Shown: positions 26,881-41,299 of the stretch, piece after piece | How positions within the stretch are numbered: position 1 is the stretch's first letter | Layout of the letters: each line of letters begins with the position of its first letter | DNA from: Eledone cirrhosa | Lineage: Eukaryota | Assembly: GCA_964016885.1 (NCBI GenBank) | Contig: OZ024743.1 | Span: 221,340,001-221,404,000, forward strand | Reading direction: 5' to 3' | DNA: 64,000 bases | The notes under the pieces: generated by a model | Told to the model about the DNA's origin: nothing | What the model saw: only the letters and a program-made list of their open reading frames with translations | Database searches by the model: none | Made by a program: the position numbers and the translations under genes

Positions 26881-27679
26881 GGTAAATTGTCTAGATATAA
26901 TTATCAAATACTAGAACTGTACATCTCTGTACTCTGAAAGTCATATAAAGTTCGTTTGACCCAAATGTTGCTCCGAAGAAGGAGGCCATGAAACAAGGAA
27001 CTCGGCCGGATTTAAATTCATAACTAATAATAAGGATGATGATGATGATGACGAGGAGGGGTAGGAAGGTGGGAAGGAGGAACAGGATAATGGTGGTATT
27101 GATGATGATGGTTTTGATGATGATGATGGTGGTGATGATGATGATTGTGATGATGATAATGGTGATGATGATGGTCGTGGTTGTGATGCGGTCATAATGA
27201 AGATCATGATAACGATGATGAAGATGGTGATGATGGTGATGTGGATGGTGGTGTGGGTGGTAATGGTGATGAGGATAACGATATCAGCAACAACAATAAC
27301 AACAATAATAATCTTGGAAAATCAAACTAATAAATTAACGGTTTAGCTTTATTTTTTTTTGTTTTACTTTTTATTATATTTTTCTTCGCGGCAGTTCAGC
27401 AATAAAATCTGTTTAAATTTCGGATTAATATCACTGGTTAAAAATCAGTTGCAGTTTTCAGACATGATTGGAAGTTGTTTATTGTAAATAGATCGATAAA
27501 CGGGATGTAATATGTGACCAGTTTGGGAAAAACTAATTACAGGACTATATCGATTACGCGAATCAATCTCCTGCCACAGATATCAAAAGAAAACATTTGT
27601 TGTTTTTTTATGTTATTATCGTTGTTGTTGTTATTATTATTATTATTATTATTACTACTACTACTACTAATACGAATGC

Positions 27680-27737
<58 letters not shown>

Positions 27738-28079
27738 GCTATTACTCAACTAAAAATTAAATGCTTGCAAAATTCAAGCAGCAATTGTATTGCTTAAGAG
27801 GGAAAAAATCCTATCTACCAATATATCTCATTCAACTCAATATTGGTTTCTTTTGCAAACGGTACAAACACCTCGTATGTTAGGGGAATAAGAAAATAGA
27901 AGTTATAATCTTCATACTTTTCTCTCAGAAGCATGAACAGCAAATTTGAAGTGAAATTAATTTAACAGGTATCGTAATCCGTTTTGAGAAGAGCCATCGG
28001 TGAATGACACAAGCAGTGGAATGTTTCACTCAGCATGCTGTATCTACTTACAATTACACACTAATAGTATTGAACCATA

Positions 28080-28360
28080 TAGTTCCAATTCCGTGCCACT
28101 GTCGAGTCAGTGTTATTGTACGGGTCAATTGCCTGCCTGAACACTCATGAAATACCTGAGGATAAGACAGGATGGCGCTTACGTGCACACATTACGGACC
28201 ATACTAAATATTTCCTGATAGGAGCACCAGACCAATTAAAATCAATACAGCAAAATTTTCGCAATCACCGATGCCATTAGAGGGCGATGCACGCTTTTTG
28301 CAGAACATTTGCTGGAAAACTAAGCAAGAAGTCATTAGTGATACTAGTAGAATACCACCC
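28080..28360 (+). mobile_element. RTE-clade LINE fragment
   Basis: FRATVESVLLYGS...DGAY..LRTILNIS, a degenerate RTE post-RT region. Confidence 0.7.
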
Positions 28361-28959
28361 TGCAGATGGTATTCTGTTAGCATGTGTAGTGTGTGTATCA
28401 ATATTATACACAAATCTATATACATATACATATGATACATCAAATGAAATCGTAATTGACAATATTCACAGAAATTGAACGAAGTCTGCGTTACACTCTT
28501 TTGTAATCAGTAAAGTAATCCATGATAAATAAAAAAAAAACGATATTATATATAAACTGCATTAGGAAAAAATTAGCGACGGAAATATATGAATGTTTAT
28601 ATAAGCGATCGCTAACCGGAAGAGTTGACATTTGAAAATGCTAAAGAAGTGAATCTTAAAATAAGCAATAAAATTATTTATATTTAATCAAGAGTTACGA
28701 AATTTAGTATATAAATTATGTAATTCATTATTTATTGAAAGGGCGGTGGATTGGCAGTATCGGTAGAGCGTCAGACAGCATGCTTTTCAGCATAGAGTTA
28801 TGGCCCTTTACATTCTGGGTTTAAATCCCGCCGAGGTTAGATTTGCCTTTCATCCTTATGGGGGTCGATACCATAAAGCCCCAGTAATTCATTGGGGAAA
28901 TTGCTGGCCTTGAGCTTAAAGTAGAAACAATTGTTTATTCGAAGTAATCCAACTTATTT

Positions 28960-29212
28960 TACAAACGGGATAAAAAATATATTCTGGACGCAGTCCCGCG
29001 CTCCTCCCTTTATTATAGTTAAGATATACTTATGGCTACCACGACATGGATATAAACATGTTGGGTGCTCAGCAGAAACCTTCATCGATCAGCTCTGCGC
29101 GGACACAGGATGTCACTCAGCTGAGCCTCGGAACTACATGCAGGATTGTGGCGGATGACGTAATCAAGACGAACAAATTCGAGCAAGCTCTACCGCGTGT
29201 CCATTATGATGA
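28960..29212 (+). mobile_element. RTE-clade LINE 3' fragment
   Basis: LWLPRHG...TFIDQLCADTG...MQD; short (GAT)n tail; same type as 44278-44770. Confidence 0.65.
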
Positions 29213-30599
29213 TAGTTCACCTTATAATCTCTGATAGGATTTGAACGCTGATCTGTGATAGATAAAACTAAATACAGTCAAGTACTTTATTTGGTGTCCC
29301 TCAAACTTGGTAGAAAATAAGTACAGGGCTTAGTTTAGTTGTTAGGCCATTTGACTCATAATCATATAGTCATGAGTTAGATTCCTGTCGATGCCATGTG
29401 TCCTTGAGCAGGATACTTTATTTCACAATACTTTCAGCTGGAAAAAAGAATCGTAGTTGTAAATTCAAAGAGCCAGTCATGTCACACACAGCGCCACGCT
29501 GAATCTCACTGAGAACAACGTTGAAGGTACATGTTTCTGTGGAATGTTCAACAGCGCCTACGTAAATATCACAAAAAATTGGAACAGTCATTATCAGAAT
29601 CCATGGATGTTCAACTAGTATTATGTTTGCAAAACAATTCTTTGGCTGTGTCTAATACGTCAGTCTTACTTGTGGCCGCCATTGTTGTAGTTATTGCTAC
29701 AGTAGCTGATGTCATTTTTATGGTTACGTTTTAATTGCATTATCCAGATTAGGAACTGTTAAATACGCAATCTTATAACTTAATTTATAGTTATTTCTTT
29801 TTCAATGTTATACTTTACGTCGTATAGAGAAATATAATATATAACTATCTAAATTACGAAACAAAATATGACATTAAACTCAGATTTAGATTTACAATCA
29901 CATTAAATATTTATGAATAATTTGTGTGTTATTTGTTATATTGGTGTTTAGATTTCAGTTTATACATGAATGTGTGTGTATATACGTATGTTATTTATAT
30001 CTATAGGCATATATATATATATAATGTGTGTGTGTATTTATGCATGTATGTGTTGGTTAATATTATTTGTTGTTCTATGCTGGTTAATATTATTTGGTTT
30101 AAAGCAATATATACGTACGGAATGAATACAGACATAATAATACGCGTGTCGAGATACAGAAAATGTTCTTCATTTCTTTTAATCAGTATATATTTTTTAC
30201 AGTGCTTATAGTACTATATGGACAAAACTATTTACAACAACATTCTAATGATGTTTATAGTATATAATAAATATTTTAATACGTTAGGAGCACACGTACC
30301 GGTTGACATTCCCTTCGGTTTTGTTAATCAGGTAATTAATCTATAAATCAGTTGATTAATCAGATAGTTAATTGTCAAATTTCTTTCGTCAAAAGCTGTG
30401 ACATTATTACTTACTATTGCCCTAACCCTGCTTTTCTGCCTTCCCCCTTCTTTTGGGGCCTCCTGTGAGGCTGTGGTGCACGCATCAACATATGTGTACC
30501 TTTAGTTGCATTTGTTTTGTTCATTTATAATTAAACAGTTTGTTGTAAATAGTAATGCCGTTGGAGATATGTGACGTCATTTTTCATAATTTTTCGGTA

Positions 30600-30696
30600 T
30601 ATAACAATGTGTACACACTTCAACAGCATTCTTATAAATATTGATTGTACAGATAATGAAAGTGTTGTAACATTTTTTTGTGGGGGATACCCTGTA
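30600..30696. mobile_element. Tc1/mariner-type MITE remnant
   Basis: Ends in GGGATACCCTG-TA; homologous, in opposite orientation, to 48990-49087. Confidence 0.55.
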
Positions 30697-31186
30697 TATA
30701 TCTTTAATATTGCTTCCTTGTCTTCACGTCTGATTTCCATTATGTATTTGTTATTGTATAATATGGGACCACATCTGATCCTAAAATAATCACGATATCA
30801 AATATATAATATCCTGGCTTTGAGTCCGACAGGTGTAGGGACTTTTTGATGAATTTAAACGTTGCAAATTAAGAAATCACTTGTTGTTATGGGTTTGTGT
30901 GTATGTATATATGCAGCTTCATATGCAAATGTGGCTAATCAACCTACATACACAGGCGAAAATATTATATATTCTCGCATATTTTCAAGTTACAGCAGAA
31001 AGCAGTTGATAAGCAGTGTCCGAATGTGAGCCATAAGCTTGAAATGCCCATAGACAGTTATTCCCCACTGCTTATGTTGGAAACCGCTAGACAGCGCTAA
31101 CCGTCTGCCTTTATTCAAAGCTGGGCTTTTAAAATCTTTATTTACTAAACGTACCGTATATCATTAGATGTACGTAATTTACACAA

Positions 31187-31303
<117 letters not shown>

Positions 31304-31337
31304 TAAACAAATAATGAATAATAATAATAGATTTATC

Positions 31338-31397
<60 letters not shown>

Positions 31398-31455
31398 TGA
31401 AAAATGGCGTGTTGTGTTTGTTGCGAATGAGATACATATGAAATAAAAATTAGAA

Positions 31456-31931
<476 letters not shown>

Positions 31932-31947
31932 GAGTGTGCGTTTGCGC

Positions 31948-31992
<45 letters not shown>

Positions 31993-32714
31993 TATATGGC
32001 TCAGGATCGTAAGGTGATGAGTTTGATTCCCGACGGCGCATTGTGTCCTTGAGCAAGCCACTTCATTTTATGTTGTTTCAGTCCACACACCTGGGAAAAA
32101 TGAGTTACACCTGTTGATTCGAAGGGTCAGCCATGTCACATTCTGTGTCACGCTGAATCTCTCTTAAATCTACGTTAACGGTACGCGTTTCTGTGGAATG
32201 CTCAGCCACTTGCACATTAATTTCACGTGCAGGTTCTTCCGCTGACTGTATAAACTGGAACACTCATCGTCGTAACCGTCGGAGTGTCAGTTAATATATA
32301 TTTATACATATATATATTGTTTACTAACAAGTGGATTGGCGGTATCGGTACAGGCCCTTTATGGTCTGAGTTCAAATCAATAAAATAAAGCACCACTAAT
32401 ACACTGATAATTGCTGGCCTTGTGCCAAAAGTAGAAATAATTATTTTATACTCCCAAAGAAGCCCTCTAAGTAAATTGTATACTTCGACATTGTCTGTTT
32501 TTTTTTTTTTGTTTTTTTTGTTTTTTTTTGTATTAAAATGATGAATGATGTTTCCTGGCAATTGAAACCGCTGTAAAAGTAAATTAATGGTAAAGAAGAC
32601 ATATTTTATGTTGCTTTACTAGGAAGCTACCCCTCGCTTACTTTGTAAAAGTTATTCTATACATACATACATATATACATACATCCATTCATACTTACAT
32701 AATACACACACACT

Positions 32715-32791
<77 letters not shown>

Positions 32792-33110
32792 ACGTATTTT
32801 ATTTTCTGTAGAATTGTACGAATGATTACGTCTTTTGTATGTGTGCGTGCGTGTGTGTGTTATCAGGAAAATATATATTTCATATGTAATAACCTAGCAT
32901 ATCTACTATTTTCACAGTAGGAGATCGTAACTCTACCAGCACCCATACCGACATGACTACCATCTCCAACGCCGCCAAAAACGCCACCACCGGCATCAAC
33001 ACCACCAACAAACCAACACCGCCACCAAAACCACAACCAAATGCAAAACCTACACTGACACCACAACCACAACCAACCCCACTGTTACTACCACAACCGG
33101 CACCAACGGT

Positions 33111-33810
33111 AAAACTAACACCACCATCAAAACCACCAACACTCTAACCAACACCAGCGCCAACACTAACATCGCTATCACCGCCCACACCACCACCAAC
33201 GACAAAACTAACACCACCATCAACACCACCAACACTCTAACCAACACCAGCGCCAACACTAACATCGCTATCACCGCCCACACCACCACCAACGACAAAA
33301 CTAACACCACCATCAACACCACCAACACTCTAACCAACACCAGCGCCAACACTAACATCGCTATCACCGCCCACACCACCACCAACGACAAAACTAACAC
33401 CACCATCAACACCACCAACACTCTAACCAACACCAGCGCCAACACTAACATCGCTATCACCGCCCACACCACCACCAACGACAAAACTAACACCACCATC
33501 AACACCACCAACACTCTAACCAACACCAGCGCCAACACTAACATCGCTATCACCGCCCACACCACCACCAACGACAAAACTAACACCACCATCAACACCA
33601 CCAACACTCTAACCAACACCAGCGCCAACACTAACATCGCTATCACCGCCCACACCACCACCAACGACAAAACTAACACCACCATCAACACCACCGACAC
33701 TATAACCAACACCAGCGCCAACACTAACGTCACAATCACCGCCAACACCACCACCAACACCACCACCAACACCGACACCTCCAACGGCAAAACTAACACC
33801 ACCATTAACA
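33111..33810. repeat. 93-bp ACC-rich minisatellite, about 7 units
   Basis: 31-aa periodicity in ORF 33050-33847; the central units are near-identical. Confidence 0.95.
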
Positions 33811-34150
33811 CCACCACCACCGCCATTAATGCTACTATCACCGCCATAATATTAATAAGACAAAGATGTGCAATTTAATTAACTCATCACATGCGCCATG
33901 TTGTCCCTAACCCTAACCCTAACCCCACCCCTCTACATACTCCTATCCCACTGCCTTAATGCAACGGGTTTTACTTAAACACTTTCAGAAATTAAACATA
34001 TATTTCCGTTGATTTCCCCCGAGGAACAACCAACTTTACATTCTCTCTCTCTCTCTACCTCACCTCCCTTTCTCTCTCACTTCCTGTCCCTCGCTCTCTC
34101 TCCCTCTCTCTCTCTCTCTCTCTTTCTGTGTATATATATATGTATATATA

Positions 34151-34207
<57 letters not shown>

Positions 34208-34297
34208 CAACTTCTACCTTCTGATTTAACTTCTCTATCCAAAGTTGCGATCGTCAGCTTACTACTACTACTACTACTACTACTAGTAGTAGTAGTA

Positions 34298-34378
<81 letters not shown>

Positions 34379-34723
34379 ATAGCTGTTGTTTTTCTTGTAA
34401 ATTCTTCATTTATATACTTCACTTTTTTCGATGAAGATGTCTTTCGAGATTGCTCTATATTTTGTGTTTTGTTGCTATATATATTTTTTTATTTTTGTTA
34501 TGCAGTTGTGAAAATAAAAAAAAAATGGCAGCCTGACTTTATAACTATCAGCATAAAACTGAAAATAATTAAGTGTTTATATTAAAACTGCAGAGCAGCG
34601 AGTGTATCTAGATGTCTATATGAGTGTGTAAGTGTGTGTGAGTGTGTGTGTGTGTGTGTGCCTTCATGTGTGTGCATGTGTATGCGACAGGATAGAGTGA
34701 GTGCACGCGTGTACACACACACG

Positions 34724-34817
<94 letters not shown>

Positions 34818-35299
34818 TATATAATTTATAAGACGGTGGACCTCCGGCGATGAGTGTATCAGCTTGTTTGTGAAATTGACGAAGAAGAGGCTAAGCATTC
34901 CACAGACACGGGTACCGGTAATATAATTCTCATAGCGATACAACTTGACAGAGTGTGTGATAAAACTGGCCTTTTGAAATTCTGGTAGAGTACAACCGAC
35001 AAGTTCCCAAACAGGTTTCGTCTACGCAATTGTACTCAGAAACATGGGTGAGTCCGAGGCAAAGGTAAATGACAATTCCCAAAGATGCCGCAGAGTGGGA
35101 TCGAACGCAGGTCCTTATCATTGCGAAAGGTCCTCCTAAACCATTCGGCCATGCCATTTAAACATCAGATGAACTTACGAAGCATTACGGAACTTGAAGA
35201 TATAGTCGGGAACCTGCTGGATCTTTGCAGTATCTCCCAAGATCCAGCAGGAATGGTGGTGTTATGTATGTGGCCGATTTCTTCTATCAAGAGCTGCAT

Positions 35300-35616
35300 T
35301 TGTCAACCATCAGAATTCACACTACTCAGAGAGAAATCTAGCCAATTGTGAGACGATTCTACTGCCACACTCTCTGCAGTATATTTGCCATGAATGTTGC
35401 TTAATTTGCAAGTCAGCCGGTGGACTGACCGGACATGGTAGAATGCATGAAGATACACCCCAGCCGGTATTGCTAGAAGACAGACAGTTCAAGTGTCACA
35501 TTTGTGAACGTGACTGCAAAACAAAAGTGGGCCTGAAAAATCATCTGCATGAAAATTGATCGTGCATTGTTCAGCGGAAGCATAGCACTTTTCTGTAGCA
35601 ATCAACATGTATGTAT
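35300..35616 (+). mobile_element. RTE LINE 3' end with C2H2-like finger and (ATGT)n tail
   Basis: FKCHICERDCKTKVGLKNH resembles the C-terminal motif of RTE/BovB-like ORFs. Confidence 0.6.
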
Positions 35617-37830
35617 GACGGTATTCAATGATCTTGACTTGTTCTTCTTTTGGGTAAATATCATTTTGGTTAAGAGAGTGGGACTGGCTTTGTGCAGTGC
35701 CTTTGCTCACTCTAAAAGCTTCACGGTATAGGCATTGCTTTATATTTGGAGATCTCTCTGCACTTGTCGTCACATGGTACCATGGGCCCAGCACTATGTG
35801 TCAATAATTGTCACAAGTGTAGTGTTTGTACCAGAGTTTTCAAGTAGCTGGCTGGACAAAAAGTCACACTCGTTCAGCGCATCGGTAGGGGTTCTCCTAC
35901 ATGGATATAAAGTAGTGGCCGTACTCGAAAACGAGTTGGCAGCCACCATGTATGTATGTATGTCAGGTCACCAGTTGGTGCTACTGGTAATATGTATCCC
36001 AGTACAACCTGTCTCATGGTCGGATCATTGGCGACTAAACTGACAACCCCACCAAGGTTTCTTGGTTAGGAGGGGGACTTTGGACATCCTGCAGGACGAA
36101 AAACAAAACCTGTCAAAGGGCAAAGGAGCTCTTAAGAGTCAATGGCCATCCAAAATCACCGTGAGAGATGACCCCTTAGCCTTTTTCAAGCAGAATTCTA
36201 GGAGAAGGAAAACTCTGATATAACACCTGCAACCCTGATGGTATCCAATGATGTTGACTTGTTCTTCTTTAAATATCATATTGGTTACGAGAGTGGGACT
36301 GGCTTTGTGCAGAGCCTTTGCTCACTATAAAAGCTTCACAGCATAGGCATTGCTTTATATCTGGAGATCTCTCTGCACTTGTCGTCACATGGTACCATGG
36401 GCCCAGCACTATGTGTCAATAGTTGTCACAAGTGTAGTGTTTGTACCAGAGTTTTCAAGTCTCTGGCTGGACTAAAAAGTCACACTCGTTCAGCGCATCG
36501 GAAGGGGTTCTCCTACATGGATATAAAGTAGTGGCCGTACTCGAAAACGAGTTGGCAGCCACCATGTATGTATGTATGTATGTATGTATGTATGTATGTA
36601 TGTATGTATGTATGTATGTATGTATGTATGTATGTCAGGTCACCACTTGGTGCTACTGGTAACATGTATTCCAGTACAACCTGTCCCATGGTCGGGTCGT
36701 TGGCGACTAAGCTGGCAACCCCACCAAGGTTTCTTGGTGAGGAGGGTGACTTTGGACATCCTGCAGGACTAAAAACAAAACCTGTCAAAGGGCAAAGGAG
36801 CTCTTAAGAGTCAATGGCCATCCAAAATCACTGGGAGAGTTGACCCATAGCCTTTGTCAGGGCAGAATTCTTTAAATATCATCTTGGTTAAGAGAGTGGG
36901 ACTGGCTTTGTGCAGTGTCTTTGCTCACTATAAAAGCTTCACGGCACAGGCATTGCTTTATATCTGGAGATCTCTCTGCATTTGTCATCACATGGTACCA
37001 TGGGCCCAGCACTGTGTCAATAATTGCCACAAGTGTAGTGTTTGTACCAGAGTTTTCAAGTCGCTGGCTGGACTAAAAAGTCACACTCGTCAGCGCATCG
37101 GTAGGCGTTCTCCTACATGGATATAAAGTAGTGGCCGTACTCGAAAACGAGTTGGCAGCCACCACCATGTATGTATACATGGTCACCAGTTGGTGCTACT
37201 GGTAACATGTATCCCAGTACAACTGTCTCATGGTCGGTTCGTTGGCGACTAAACTGGCAACCCCACCAAGGTTTCTTGGTGAGGAGGGTGACTTTGGACA
37301 TCCTGCAGGACTAAAAACAAAACCTGTCAAAGGTCAAAGGGCAAAGGAGCTCTTAAGAGTCAATGGCCATCCAAAATCACCGGGAGAGATGACCCCTTAG
37401 CCTTTGTCAAGGCAGAATTCTAGGAGAAGGAAAACTCTGATATAACACCTGCAACCCTGATGGTATCCAATGATGTTGACTTGTTATTCTTTTTGGTAAA
37501 TATCTTGGTTAAGAGAGTGGGACTGGCTTTGTGCAGTGCCTTTGCTCACTATAAAAGCTTCACGGCACAGGCATTGCTTTATATCTGGAGATCTCTCTGC
37601 ACCTGCCGTTACATGGTACCATGGGCCCAGCACTCTATGTCAATAATTGTCACAAGTGTAGTGTTTGTACCAGAGTTTTCAAGTCGCTGGCTGGACTAAA
37701 AAGTCACACTCGTTCAGCGCATCGGTGGGGTTCTCCTACATGGATATACAGTAGTGGCCGTACTCGAACGCGAGTTGGCAGCTACCATGTATGTATGTAT
37801 GTATGTATGTATGTATGTATGTATGTATGT
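35617..37830 (+). mobile_element. Tandem array of a ~600-bp non-autonomous RTE derivative (1 partial and 3 near-full units)
   Basis: Units at 35617-35947, 35964-36563, 36636-37166 and 37181-37786, each followed by (ATGT)n; they contain the RTE 5'UTR-like GGAGAAGGAAAACTCTGAT (deleted in unit 3) and a C2H2 remnant [22 protein letters not shown]. Confidence 0.8.
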
Positions 37831-39347
37831 TGTGTGTTTATCGATGTAATATATGGATTTGGAAATGATTATGAGTACAATGAATAGTTAAATATTCTAT
37901 TATTTGAAAGAAAATTTGAAAATTACTTTAGTTTTGTAAGTTATGTAACGTCAGTGTGTGTGTATCGATGCGTATGTGTATATGTATGTGTGTGTAATTT
38001 TGAGTAGGCGCAGACGTATGTGTGTGTGTGTGTATATGTTTGTGTTACGCGTTACTATTGCTGAAGGAAAGAAAATAGCGATTGAGGGGGAAAAAAATCT
38101 AATTCGAAAATTTAAATGTATTACGTTATTTCTTATCACCCAAATTTCCTTCGCATTCTATAAGAAGATTAACATCCTGGTTTACAACATTATGTCTGAG
38201 AAAATGTTGTAGGAATGCTTATAAAACAATAGCACGGATTATACGACATAAGAATTCAAATAGCACATTTTTTCCTTTACTGTTTAGTCTGGTAGGGAAG
38301 AGCAGTCTGAGGGGACCCTGATGCTGCAGGAAGTGAGAAAGGTATTCTCAAATCGGGACATTGGCTCGTACGCCCGCGGGCGATGGATTAAACCTAGAAC
38401 TCGTTGTGGAATTAAATTCTAAACGGTGACACGTTCTCAATAGGAAAAAAGCAAACGCAGAATATTCGAATCTCTTTTGATTCCTGGATAACTTTAATAG
38501 TTTCTAGTAATGCTGTTAATATCCTTTCAGCTACGTATGTGGTACTCCAAAATTTAGTAGGTGGTCATGGCATCTCCATTCCTGATAACATTGATTTCGA
38601 ATTTAGGTGCAAGAGCAGAAATTATATCGACTCCCAATAATTGACTGGTACTTTATTTTATCGACCACGGAAGGATGGCAGCATTTAAACCCCGAATTTA
38701 ATGAGCCGCAATTAAGTGCCACGGGGTGTTTGGTCCGATGCTATGACGATTCTGACAATCCAATCACTTTTCCCTCGTGATAATAATAATCCATAGACAT
38801 ATAATCGCCAAGTTTGCCAACGGTGCCTCAAATAGGGTTTAAGCATCATACAACCATATCGCCACCAGCATTTTTGCAACAAATTATACCTCGAATCAGC
38901 CTAGGTAAAAGAAAAATCGACAACCTTATTCTTATTTGCAGTAATTTTGATGGGATCGGACACACTCAAATTATTGGTTAGGTTACATTATCCCGAAATG
39001 CTGCAGTGCTATGCTGCTCGGCAAAAAAGTCATTAAATGGTTGACTACAGAAAACAACGTTGGTTTCATTGGTAAAATCATTCGACCGTAATCTGAGAGA
39101 GGAAATGCAATTTTGCTCTTCAGTTAGATTGATCATTTTCTATATTTGTGTGTGTGTGGTGGAGGGGAGCGTCTGTATGCCTGTGTGTCTGCATATATAA
39201 ATATATATATGTATAGTTGTGTATAATGGTAGCTATAGTGCTTCCATAGGCGGTATGCCAAAATTATCACTCGATATTCAGCAGAGTAGAGTGTAGATAG
39301 TATAAAGAAAACGAAAAATCAGTGATGCGTCTGGACTTAATTTATTG

Positions 39348-39438
39348 CGTGTTACAATTGTTTCGCCGGCAGGTAGCTCGAGACATGGTCCCTGTATGGA
39401 TCTGGTTGATTCTACTGCTGCAGTTTCTTTCAGACACG
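39348..39438 (-). ncRNA. Hammerhead-like motif (degenerate) in a PLE pLTR remnant
   Basis: CGTGT-CTGA(A)AGA-long stem II-GAAA-CAATTG-TA-ACACG, followed by AATAAA. Confidence 0.65.
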
Positions 39439-40212
39439 GGTATTTCGTTCAGAGCAAATTTTATCACTGGGGTGTTATCATAAAAAAACACCCTCAAAAA
39501 ACCCTCTTCTACTCTTGTCATGCCATGCTGTTTTTACTCCACGTCATCACAAGTTCTGGTCAGTATTTACTGCCACACGGGTCATCAGCCATTTTCCGTC
39601 CGACACACTTCAATGAAGTCATGCTGGGTTCAGCATCTCACACGTCTGTTCACACTCCAGAGTAAGCACCCACACACACGAATATACACACACATATAGA
39701 CACACATGCAGACACAGACACATTTGTGCATACACCCCCCCCCCACATACATACATATATGTATATATATATACACATACATACACATATATATACTCAC
39801 AGATGCCCACACATACATACATACAAAATACACATACGTACACAAAATTACATACACACATACATACACACACACATATATATATATATATATACAAAAA
39901 AAAAACAACCTAACATGCATACCCACACCCACACATATACATACATATACACACATGCAGACATATATACATCTACATATGTATACACACATGTGCTGCC
40001 ACATGCAGACACCTGCACATATGTATATTTGCTTCCACATGTGCTTCCACATATACATATATAAACAAAACCGTAAATTAAAAATACATTATATAATAAA
40101 AAACACAATATACCATAAAATAACGGTAAAATACCATAACATAAAATATAAAATATTAAATATAAAGTATAAAATATCAATATATTATACAATATGATAT
40201 ATATATATATGC

Positions 40213-40243
<31 letters not shown>

Positions 40244-40573
40244 CATACATATACCCACATGTACACACAGACTCTGCCAAATATTTACATACATGCACCT
40301 GTCTGCACATACACGCGCTCATAAGCTCATGCATACACACACCCACGCCCATAAACACACCCTCGTACACACCCGTAACTCTATGCCACAAAACATGTAG
40401 TCCGACGCTCTACTAATACTTCTAATCCACCGACTATCAATAGTAATCTTTAAAATAATGACTGATTATCAAAACTAATTAATTGACAAAAATGCCGACT
40501 AATCGGCTAAATGGCTTATAAATCTGATACCAATTATCTGCCGTTCACACAAAAACACATACCTCTCTCTCTC

Positions 40574-40936
<363 letters not shown>

Positions 40937-40951
40937 CTTTCTCTCTGTCTT

Positions 40952-40998
<47 letters not shown>

Positions 40999-41299
40999 CA
41001 CGCAGACACTGGCAGAATGAGGTTGAATTTAGATTCAGAACGTACAGAACCGTATTAGATACCGCGAAGCATCCCTTCCAACTCTTTAACATTTCAGACA
41101 ATCAAGTGACACTTGATCAGGTCGTACTTTACTTATCGACCCCGAGAGAAAGAAGGGCAAAATTCACCCTAGCGTGATAGAATTGAGAACTAGGACGGCT
41201 GGAACGAAAACCGACTCTCTAAGGACTCTATGTTGCAGCAGGCTATTGACATTTAAATATCTGCTGTTAAATATCATACATATATTTATAAGGCGATAT

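Noticed and set aside
33050-33847. 265-aa hydrophobic multi-pass membrane ORF on the minus strand
   Set aside because: Antisense reading of the ACC-rich 93-bp minisatellite.
36854-37887. Host C2H2 zinc-finger gene
   Set aside because: A single finger per repeat unit, frameshifted between units and followed by a retroposon tail; it is an RTE remnant.
39434-39661. 228-bp candidate exon (AG...GT) with loose Patched/NPC1-like wording (FYHWG..KHP)
   Set aside because: The similarity is superficial, no partner exons were found, and the acceptor is the antisense of a hammerhead core. RNA-seq could overturn this.
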